From contig OX597820.1 in the NCBI GenBank assembly GCA_951406725.2, positions 115,940,001 through 116,004,000 of the forward strand: a DNA stretch of 64,000 nucleotides, in the 5' to 3' direction. Position numbers and translations under genes: made by a program. The stretch's first letter is position 1. The number at the start of each line of letters is the position of its first letter. The notes below the pieces were generated by a model, which ran no database searches, was not told where the DNA came from, and saw only the letters and a list, made by a program, of their open reading frames with translations. Shown piece by piece: positions 40,126-51,437 of this stretch. Origin of the DNA: Octopus vulgaris. Taxonomy: Eukaryota.

Positions 40126-41095
40126 ATTTTATTAAACTATCAAATATACACATGCTGCATGTACAAGTTTGTAAATAGTAAAACTAGAATCCAAGGAAAC
40201 TAGTGATTATCATCATTAAACATCTGTTTTGCATGCTAGCATGGGCTGGAAGGTTTTACTGGGGCTGGCAAGGCCGGAGAGCTGCATCAGGCTCTATTCA
40301 TCTGGTTTTGCATGGTTTCTATGGCTGGATGCCCTTCCTAATTCCACACACTTTACAGAGTGTACTGGGTGCAAGGCAGTGAGCTGGCAGAAATGCTAGC
40401 ACGCTGGACGAAACTGCTTAGCACTATTTCATCTGTCTTTACATTCTGAGTTCAAATTCTGCCAAGGTCAACTTTGGCTTTCATCCTTTTGGGGTCGATA
40501 AATTAAGTACTTGTTGTGTACTGGGGTCAATCTAATCAACTGCCTCCTCTCTCTCCCCCAAAATTTCGGTCCTTGTGTCTAGAGTAGAAAAGAGTGCACT
40601 GGGTGCTTTTTATGGGGTACCAGTGCCAGCAGGTGTCGCCAAGTAACTTTCAAGACAAAAACCTCTTAGTTGAGAGGAGGGGGTGGCTGTGTGCCAAGTG
40701 AGAGGTTAGAGTATGATAGCAGGACAGGGGTGGTCAATTTGGCTTTTGCTCCCTCTCATTATCACCAACCCTTGAACTTATTGGGCTGGTTATCAGGTTT
40801 GCATATAAGTGACTGAAATCACAACATTCCCTCTGGATGAGTGGGGACTGGAGCAACATGAAAGGAGGTGTTTTACTCAAGAATTCAATCCACTCCTGGT
40901 CTGAGAATGGAAACGATGAGCTTGTAACTGTGAATGCAACACCCCCACCACAAGGCTGTGCCCCTTTGCTTTTCTTCCCTCTGGGGTTGATAAAGTAAAG
41001 CACCAATTAGGTACTTGGGTCAGTCTGACTAATCCTCTCCCCACAAATTTTAGGCCTTGTACCTACTGTAGAAAAAACTGTTATTATTATTATTA

Positions 41096-41351
41096 TTGAG
41101 TGAGAGAGCAGTGCATGCCATCAAAGTGACACTGGAGTAAAATATACGAAGCCCAGTATACCCTTCATGACTACCCGTCTGATAAGGGTACACAAGGCAC
41201 ATGCATCACAACCATATGTGCGCGACATGGTGATCTCATAGCAAGATTAACTTCCCAAGCTAACCTGTCATATCTCTCAACTTTTCTTTCTTCCTTATCG
41301 CATACCTTGTTGTCAGCTGGGCATGCTATATCTGTGATCCAGCATAGTTTG

Positions 41352-41353
<2 letters not shown>
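41096..41353 (-). mobile_element. Truncated R4/Dong-like non-LTR element (REL endonuclease fragment plus 3' UTR) inserted in (TAA)n
   Basis: KLCWITDIACPADNKVCDKEERKVERYDRLAWEV matches the restriction-like endonuclease pattern D-x-x-P-x-D...KE-x-x-K-x-x-x-Y-x-x-L; (TAT)n on both flanks. Confidence 0.7.
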
Positions 41354-41397
<44 letters not shown>

Positions 41398-41949
41398 GAA
41401 GGTGGTGAGCTGGCAGAATTGTTAGCATGCTGGATGAAATGCTTAGCAGTATTTCGCCTGTTGCTATGTTCTGAGTTCAAATTCTGCTGCAGTTGACTTT
41501 GCCTTTCATCCTTTCGGGGGTCAATAAATTAAGTACCAGTGAAACACTAGGGTTGATGTAATTGACTAGTCCCCTCCCACCCCCACTAAATTTCAGGCCT
41601 TGTGCCTTTAGTGGAAAGGGTTATTATTCTTCTTATTATTATTCTGGTGGTGGGCCTGGCAGGATTGTTAGCATGCTGCACAAAATGCTGAGTGGCATTT
41701 TGTCCGTTTTCATGTTCTGGGTTCAAATTCTACCCGGATTGATTTTTGCCTTTCATCCTTTCAGGGTGAATAAAATAAGTACCAGTTGAGTACTGGGGTT
41801 GATGTAATGAACTTAACCCCCTCTCCCCCCCCAAATTGTTTGCCTTGTGCTTACAATAGAAAAGATTGTTATTAATGTTATTTTACCCATCTTTTTATTT
41901 TATTTTTTTCTCTATTTTCTTTTCTTTTTTTTTTTTTTTTTTTTTGCAG

Positions 41950-42029
41950 GAAGTCAACAACATATAGCAGCGTCTGGATGGATTCTTCTTTTCGGACTCG
42001 CCTACATTTTACTACTACAAATTGCTTGA
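41950..42029 (+). CDS. Terminal coding exon (G)SQQHIAASGWILLFGLAYILLLQIA*, a GPI-signal-like hydrophobic tail
   Basis: Very long poly-T tract then gcag acceptor; GA completes GGA(Gly); TGA at 42027-42029. Confidence 0.88.
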
Positions 42030-45000
42030 GATTAGTGCATAGATAACAATTTTCTACTAGTGTACACTACAATATTTGCGTGCCATCTTTTTAGCCGCTT
42101 GGCCAGGAGTACGGAGACTGTGTATTAAATGCTAAAGAAAAAAAACGAAAAAAAAACGGAAAAAAAAATACGAACATCATAAAGAAGACAACTAGACGGA
42201 GCAAATTTTCCATTTTTGCTTAGTCAGCATAATTTTTTCATTTTTTTTAAAAACTTATTGTTATTTTTCTTACAGCACAGAGTAATGGCATTTATAAATT
42301 GTCCTTCTAGTTATCAACATTAAAATTTTAATCTTTAATAATAATATTGGAAATAAAAGTATTTGAAGAAAATGGAAAAACCTAAAATTTAATTTGAAAC
42401 TTTAAACTCTTATGCCTCAATTTAACTAATATATTCAAAATCCAAACTATAATAAGCCTTATTCTGAGCCTTAAGTCTAATTGCCATTAAGATTTTCTTA
42501 ACTTCTGTTAAGATTCTGTTTTAAATTTTAGAACCTTAATAAAGATGTAAGACAAATAATTGATATAAAGCTGAACACTTTACTCCACATTCTCTCAAAG
42601 TTTTATGTCAGTTAATCTATTAAATGTTTTCTCCTTCCATCTATCTATCTGTCTGTCTATCTTTCTCCATTTTTGCCATTTTCTCTTAGAAAGGATTTAG
42701 ATATATAACCAGAAATATTTTAGCAAAGAAGCAGGCTCACAATATGCAATTTCTACATCTACAAACTAACATCTGTTTATACATTTTTTCTTGCTTTTTC
42801 TCTTTGCACATCTCACATGGTATTTTAGCATGGTAAATCTGATATTATAGATATTTGGCATGTCAGCTTCTTTGGGGGAGAGGAGTTGCCAGTACACAGC
42901 AAAATGCCTATTGTATCTGTGAAACACACAAATTATAATTAGAGGAAATAAATTCATTGATAAAGTCTGTACATAATGAGAAATCCAAGTCTTATTGCAG
43001 AAGGAATCATAAACTAGGAAATTAAAATCACTGTTTAAATTCAACATTAAATTCTTAAGAAAAATAGGAAACATCTTAAATGATGTAAGGTTCACATTTT
43101 CCTTATCAAACGAAATAAACGTTTGTTATAATATGTTGAAATAATTGTCAAAAGAATGAAATATTAGAATGAAGGATTTTAAAAAATTTATACATTAAAA
43201 TCTTGCTAGGGTCAATTTTGACTTTTTAACCCTTTCGTTACTGTATTTATTTTGAGATGCTCTGTGTTTCTTTCAATTACTTTAACCCTTTAGTGTTCAG
43301 ATTATTCTATCAAACATAATGCTTATTGATTTCCATTGATTTGAATTAATCATGCATTATCTAATATCTTCAAGATCTTGATGGTGTAATTACTTAATGT
43401 AGAATAACATTGTAGGGTAGGTGTGAGAGCCTGGATCATCAGATCCAGGCTCTCACACAGTTTGAACATAAAACAGATTAGCTATTTTGGCCGGATATGG
43501 CCGGTTTAAATACTAAAGGGTTAAATATCACAAAGAATTTAGTAAAATAACTTAGTTATCATTCAGCTAGTGTTAGGAACATAAATTGTGACTAAGGTTT
43601 GGTGGAAGATTTTAATTCAGAACTTATGAAAATAAGACATTTGTACTCAGAGCCAGAGCCGGGTTATCAGCCGGGTTGGTAACGAAAGGGTTAATCCTTC
43701 TGTAGTTGATAAAGTGCCAGTCGAGAACTGGAGTAGATCTACTCAACCATATTTCCTCTAAATTCCTGTTTATGTTAGCAACTAATTATAAATTTTCTCT
43801 ATGAATTTTAGTAAAATATTATATGACTCTATCTGTAAATGATTAAAATAAGTTGATTTTATAAATCAGATTTTCTAAAAGCAAACAATCTACTCTGGTA
43901 GACGTATTACTGTTTCTCTAAAAATGATTAAGGCAAGGGAAGTAATGTGCCTTGCCTAAGAGTACAGCTTAACGTTTATTAGTTGACTTTGCATTCTTGA
44001 CCCTGCATCAGTAACCAGGTTTGATAATCAATTTAGTCTTTAAATATAAAATAAATATTTTGTATTTAAAACAGCAATGTAATGACTTGTGGTCATTTAA
44101 TTAATTCATTATACATTTATGTAGTGGAACTTAAAATATTATCTGCTTCGGTGATCTCCCAGTTTCTAGTTTATCTGCCTTTATCATTGAGCTACTGTTG
44201 ATAGCAATAAAAAATTAAAGTGCATCTGATCTCAAAGGATTCATTAGAAAACATTAGGAACGGAATAAATTCTATAACCACCATAAATTAATAACTACTA
44301 TAATTAGGTCTGTTAGACATCATTTGAGTCACTCAGTGATTTGAACTGATACAAATCTAGAATTATATTTCATCACTGACTCATATTATGATACTGTGTA
44401 ATGTTATAAAAAATAATCTCTGACATGTTGTAAACTGATATGCTATTAATCACTGCAATAGGCTAACTTAAACCTCTTGGATTATTATTGATCTTAAAAT
44501 GAAATCTAAACCCTATCAACATCTAATCTAAATAGTGATCTTCCTCACTCCTGGTAAAAATAGATTTTACACTTATTTCTAAATAGAATTATTTTACACT
44601 TATTTCTAAATAGAATTATTTAAAAATCGAAATCTTTTCTCAACTTTTCAATGGACATTTAGAAGATTAAGCAGGACTGAAGTTTACATGGTTACGTTGC
44701 TGTATTTTAACACCAATAACTGCCTTCGAAATAAAATTCTATTTCTTCTCTTCCCAAATCTTAGTTTACTATTTGAGTAACAATTGACTAAAACTGAAGA
44801 CTATATTCTCTAATTGTATGAAAATTATTCTAATTGCCAATTATTTTCCCTCAACTGGAACCTCAGTTCAAACTAAATGCAAAGTAAGTCTTGGAGAAAT
44901 ATTACAAGTTAACATAATATGTTATGTGTGTTCCCAATAATATTGCAGTACCTTGCCCTCCTATATATCAACCAATGTTTTATTACCCTGCTATAATATC

Positions 45001-48000
45001 AATCTCACTCACTAGTGACCTGCATGTTCACTGGTGACATGCACGTTCTCTTTTAGCCTTATGAAAATCCTACAAGCAATTCATTAGATTTATTACTCAA
45101 ATCATTACATCAGTGTCCTTTTACAGTTGTGATATTTTACCTTAGTAGTTGGTCACTTCTAGACCAACTATTTTTTTTTTTTTTTAATTTTTGTAAATGA
45201 AAATTCTCAGGACTCATTTGAAATTTCACAGGTGCAGGAAAGTGACCGTGGTTAAGTTAAAGTTAGGTAAAACTAACTGTCGAAGTAGTTATCAATTCAT
45301 CCCCAAATAACTTAATCAATAAATCCTGTTTTGTAAGAGAGAGCTCAACAAATTGGTTGTTCTTCTTCTTATTTGAATTCTGTGATCACTTTTGGAAGAG
45401 CAATACGAATATTGTCAACTTTGGAAAATATTTCCAAAACAACCTAATGCAATAACCTGATTTTAGTTCAGAAGGAATATTTTATGAATCTATGAAAGAA
45501 CAAAGAACAAGAAATGTTATGACTTTGCCTGTATGATATTGACTCTAAGTTCTTTAAAACAAATAGATGTTAACGAGTAATTCTTTGTAAAAGCAAACAG
45601 TCTTCTTTGGTTGGAGCGTATCAATATTTCTGTAAAGATGATTAAGGCAAGATCATATATCGTTACATATGATATTTTAATTAAAATAAATGAAATAATA
45701 AAAATATAATGTAAAAGAAATCTAGTTAATTTATTATTCTTCGTAATGCAAGATTTTAACCCAGTTTTCTGCTGTGGTATCTTTCAAGGTTTTGGTTATA
45801 ACTTTTTTTGAAGTGAAAGAAATCTGTTATGAAGCTAACATTAGAACCAAAAAAAAATCTAGAAATCTTTAAAAAGCTGCTGGCACAAGAATTGGAAGTC
45901 ATTACTTTAGTATTAATTTTAAGAACATTTAACCCCTAGCAATATTTTTCTTTCTTTTTCTTTTAAATTAAATAATAATTTCTTATTGAACTTTCTGAAA
46001 AAATGGCCTCATCCTATAAAATGCAATTATTGCTTGCTTTTGGTGTTATATTTGTTGTTGCAGTACAGTTTGTACATGAAAGTGTGTGTATGTATGTGTG
46101 CGTGGGCATGCATTTTTAAATATTTTCTTGATAGATGTTCTGAAAAATGCATGACAGATTTGTGAAGCAGAATTTTATACCAACTTCTTATATGGACATG
46201 TGTATACAAGTTGTAAGTTATCGTTTGGGGGAATGAAAGCAAAAAGTTAATCTAGAAGCTAGTCTGATCACAGAAATCTCTCTTCTAAGTAAGTATATCA
46301 TCACCTGATGAAATTTCTAATGCACCAAGTTGAACAACACGTTTCTCTACTCACCTCGCTCAAGACTTTGAGATATTGACTTCCTAGTCTCTGGCTTGAC
46401 CTTCACACACTGCCATTTGTATGAACCAGTGACTCAACTGAGTTATCCATAACATCTGCTTTGGTAACAGCAACGATATGTTCCAATATTTAGACATATC
46501 TGACTTTGCTTGCTCACAACTAATGTTTGTTTAAATAGCTTAAACCTTCTCACTAGAAATCTAATGTGCCACATGGGGGAACAATGAAATACAATATTTC
46601 AAAGATTTTACTTCCTTCTCTTTCCCTTTCCCCTATTATTCTAAACAATTCTTTTATTTCTGTTTATCATCTTTATATACAGATTGCCTTTTTATAACCA
46701 ATTATTATTATTTTTATTATTATTATTAATTAATAATAATGTATGAAACTAAACAAGGGTTATGAAATAAGAGTTACATTAACCGAATGGAAGACCCTCA
46801 TGTTGTGGCAGATTTATGTAGCAAACCGTCCTAATTCATACCTTTTTTGTTATAATTGTTGGTCTAAGAAGCTAATTTTGGTGGTTTCAGTACAAATGAT
46901 TAGCATTTTGTACAGTACTTAGAGGAAAATGTTTAATTATCTTTGTTCATCCAGTAATTAATATCTTTAACAGCAGATATCTTTAACAGTAGATGTTTCT
47001 TGTGAGGGAAAGATCAAGAACAACAACTTAATGTTTAGGCTGAATCATCTGTCCTTATCTTTGCCATCAAGTGCAACGTCTTTTTGCATATTTTCAAAAT
47101 AATGTCACACTCATGAGATTGGATGTGTATGACAATTCATATCAACATAAAGATCTGACAGTAGTTTACTGTCAGACTGTGTGAGGCTTGGTTTTCCTCA
47201 CAACTAAAGGTTGTGCAAGTTTGTCAACAAATATAAGAATATAGCTACACTTGTAAAATGTTTTAACAACAAAAAAATACTGCTGTGTGTTGTTTACTTA
47301 CTGATTGGTTGAACTAAGAACTGTATGTACTCTTAAAGAATAAATAGTGATTGAATGACTACCAAAAAATCCTATGTGATTAGAACTTAGACACTGAAGT
47401 CACCATTTTTTGTTCTTTTTCAACTTTTGTTCTGTTACCCACAGAAGTCCATGGTTGTAGTAGAATACAATATCAAAATTGAAAGTAAGTTGTTTATTGC
47501 ATTTTTGTTGTTTGTTTTTGATCTTACCATTGTTTTGTTTTGTCAGGGAAATGTATGAAAGCAGAAACAAAGCTAGAAGCTGTTGAATATACAATAGTTG
47601 AGAGTATATCAATGAATTGTCTATGTCCATACCAGTGATTGTTAAGTCAATGCAATTCCAGTCAATAGAAAACGTTAACGATTTGCTCTTTTGAAAGCAC
47701 TTTATACAAAGTACTTTTTTCCCCCCTCTTTATCATAATATTCTTCCACATGTGTTGATGGTGAAATAACAACAATCAATCAATAATGCTAGTTTTTTTG
47801 TTGTTGTTTTTTTTTTTTTAAATTTTTCTCATGTACTTTCACAGTTTTATTTACAAATAAATTTTGAAAATTAATTTCCCTCTTGTTATTTCTATAATGA
47901 ATAATTAATTTTTATTGTAATTTGTTCTTGCAAGATGTTCTTCAAAGTGTGCAGTTTGGTTAATAAAGTTAAAATATTTCAAATTATTTTGTCATCACAC
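42030..48000 (+). other. Probable long 3' UTR of the GPI-anchored protein gene
   Basis: Follows the stop codon; AT/U-rich; almost free of the SINE/LINE copies that saturate the rest of the window; several AATAAA (e.g. ~42352, ~42539, ~44206, ~47855, ~47962). True end unknown. Confidence 0.5.
43226..43694. mobile_element. Nested piggyBac-type MITEs (outer CCCTTTCGTTAC...GTAACGAAAGGG; inner 43282-43524)
   Basis: Both elements have TTAA duplications and CCC...GGG TIRs; the outer one splits an old family-A SINE remnant. Confidence 0.88.
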
Positions 48001-51000
48001 CTAAACTAATTAAATTGTTGAACAATAAGCATTTAACAATTGTTATGTGCACATGGTAATTTTTCCATCATAGTGTGTGTGTGTGTGTGTGAAAGAGAGA
48101 AATTGCTAATCTTCATTCTTAAGCTGTAGACATGTCTTTCATGGAAGACTGGGAACAAGCAACATAATTTCTATACTCTTTTACTTCTTTCAGTCATTTG
48201 ACTGTCGCCATGCTGGAGCACCGCCTTTAGTCAAGCAAATCGACCCCAGGACTTATTCTTTGTAAGTCTAGTACTTATTCTATCAGTCTCTTTTGCTGAA
48301 TAACTATGTTACAGGGACGTAAACACACCAGCATCGGTTGTTAAGTGATGTTGGGACAAACACAGACACACAAACATATACACACACACACACACACATT
48401 ACTCTTTTACTTGTTTCAGTCATTTGACTGCGGCTGTGCTGGAGCACCACCTTTAATCGAGCAACTCGACCCCGGGACTTATTCTTTTGTAAGCCCAGTA
48501 CTTATTCTATTGGTCTCTTTTGCCGAACCGCTAAGTAACGGGGACATAAACACACCAGCATTGGTTGTCAAGCAATGCTAGGGGGACAAACACAGACACA
48601 CAAACAAATACATATATATATATACGACAAACTTCTTTCAATTTCCGTCTACCAAATCCACTCACAAGGCATTGGTCGGCCCGAGGCTATAGCAGAAGAT
48701 ACTTGCCCAAGATGCCACGCAGTGGGACTGAACCCGGAACCATGTGGTTGGTAAACAAGCTACTTACCACACAGCCACTATACACACACATATATATACA
48801 CCAGGCTTCTTTCAGCTTCCATCTGCCAAATCCACTCACAAGGCTTTGGTCGGCCCGAGGACACTTGCCCAAGGTGCCACGCAGTGGGACTGAACCCGGA
48901 ACCATGTGGTTCGTAAGCAAGATACTTACAACACAGCCACTCCCTACGCCTGTATGATGATAAAATTCATTCAAAATCATCTCCTGGTGTGTTTTATATG
49001 GAATTCTGTGAACAGTAGCACCAATGGTTGCAGGTTTCTAGTGGACGTATGTCTGAGTCACAGCATTTCTGTTGATAAATTCAAAGTAATGCTTGTAACT
49101 CTGGACAAAAAGACTCTGCAGTGGTCAAGAGAAACGTCCCGATTCAGGAGGTGGGAGGCATTGTGTAAGATGTGCATGGCTGGCAAGTAGTTGTGATAAA
49201 GAAGTTACCAACGGTTGTAATAAAAGCAGAATCAGCTTTGATTTGATAGTTTGGGTTTAGAGGAATGTCTGTGTGTCTGTTAAAGATGCATGCAGGCAAT
49301 GAAAGTAGCTTTCTTTGTGAGTTGAAGGGGAAAAAAATGATTTCTGAACTGAGGGTATCAGCTTGTGGGAGAGGTAAGAAGGGTTAAAAGAATGGAAGTC
49401 AGCAAAGATGATGACTTGTGAGAAAGATGGTCTTGAAGCAGCAAAGGATATGGTCAAAGAGTTGTTGGTTTGAGAAGTTTGGAGAATGGTAAAAGAAACG
49501 GATATGTTTGAAAGAGTTGAAGAGGGAAAGTGAATCATTGTCATCATCATCATTGTTTGACGTCCGCTTTCCATGCTAGCATGGGTTGGACGATTTGACT
49601 GAGCACTGGCGAACCAGATGGCTGCACCAGGCTCCAATCTTGATCTGGCAGAGTTTCTACAGCTGGATGCCCTTCCTAATGCCAACTGCTCCAAGGGTGT
49701 AGTGGGTGCTTTTATGTGCCACCAGCATGAGGGCCAGTCAGGTGGTACTGGCAACAGTCATGCTCAAATGGTGATTTTATATGCCACATGCACAGGAGCC
49801 AGTCAGGTGGTACTGGCAACAGTCACGCTCAAATGGTGTCTTTTATGTGCCACTTGCATAGGAACCAGTCCAGCGACACTGGCAACGATCTCGCTCGAAT
49901 GTTTTTTCTCATGCCACTGACACAAGTGCCAGTAAGGCAACGCTGGTAACGATCACGCTCAAATGGTGCTTTTTACGTGCCATTGGAAGATTTTGTTAAA
50001 AGAGGAGAGTGGTAGAGAGGAAGAAATTGATACATGTACAAGGATTAGCTTTTGGAGAGAAGTTTAAATAAAGTGTGCAACCCGGAAGACAAAGATGAGC
50101 GATAGAAAAGGGACTGAAAGAAGATTTATGTCTCAGACAGAAATAGGATGTGTGGCTTGTATGTAAGAAGTGAGCTGCTGTTAGGGATCTAAATTGGAGT
50201 TTATGTTTATAAATGTTAGAGAGCTGGAAAATTATCTGGCAGGTTTAAAAATAATAATGAAATTATTGTATACAGTGCTCAGGTGCACCACAACTTGTCA
50301 AAAGTGCATATAAAGCATATGCAGTAATGTACAAATGTCTGGAAAGTGAACAGTGTATGAATCAGGTACATGCTTGCATGTGTATGGAGGGGAGAAGCTT
50401 TATTTTTGGGCATTTAGGGAAGTGTAGAGGGTCTCCGTTCATGACCTTCTATGGAGAGCCTGGTTCCGATGATTACAACAAATATATCTTTGCTAAAGAT
50501 ATCCATGGGGTTAGTTGTGTGATGTTACATTAAGTGTTACTATGTGACCGTAGTCATGGCCGTGCCATCTGACTGGCACCTGTGCTGGTAACATGTAAAA
50601 AGCACCATTCTAGGGCTGGGTCTCAGGGAGGCAGTGACGTGACCAAGACCCATGGCGATATACCATGCTTGTGTTGACCTATCAAGCCAAGCGAGACCAT
50701 AGTCGTGGCCGATGTTGGTGTCAGGTCAATGGCACCTGTGCCAGTGGCACAGAAAAAGCACTTACTACACTCTCAGAGTGGTTGGCATTAGGAAGGGCAT
50801 CCAGCTGTAGAAACCATGCCAAATCAGATTGGAACCTGGTGCAGCTCTCCCCCCCCTCCCCCCCCCCCCGTTTACCAATTTTCAGTGAAACTGTCCAACC
50901 CATACCAGCATAGAAAGTGGATGTTAAATGAAGATATCACTTGAGGATAAATGTCAAGACTCTCTCTACAATAGATATACAATAGATATACACTGGATAG

Positions 51001-51057
51001 ATGACCTGGAGTCAAACAGCACGTTTACAAAGCCTGCACGTATTGCGGCTGCCAATA

Positions 51058-51437
51058 CATGGACCATTCAAAAGTCGCCATACATAGGAACAATTTATCT
51101 TTTTATAAGAAGCAGTTTATGAGAACAGTTTCTTTTTCTTTTATTTAACAGGCTCTTAAATGGTTACCCTTGTTTTGAATACACATTGCAATACGTTTAC
51201 CCCAACTCATTGTGAACTCATAATAGCACATCTGGTGATACGTGAGCAAAGGAGTTGGTGATGCGTTCCTTCAAATGATTTATGTCTTTTATCTTTCTGC
51301 GATACACCATGCCTTTCAAATGCCCCCAAAGATAGAAATCAAGAGGGGTCAGATCAGGGGACCTAGGAAACCTTATAAACTGTTTCTTATTAAAAAAATT
51401 AATTTTTACTATGTATGGAGACTTTTGAATCACCCTG
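51058..51437 (-). mobile_element. Internally deleted Tc1/mariner-superfamily element
   Basis: TIRs ca(t/g)gg..attcaaaagtc(g/t)ccatacatag with TA flanks; minus-strand PRSPDLTPLDFYLWGHLKGMVY...LKERI transposase C-terminus. Confidence 0.88.
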
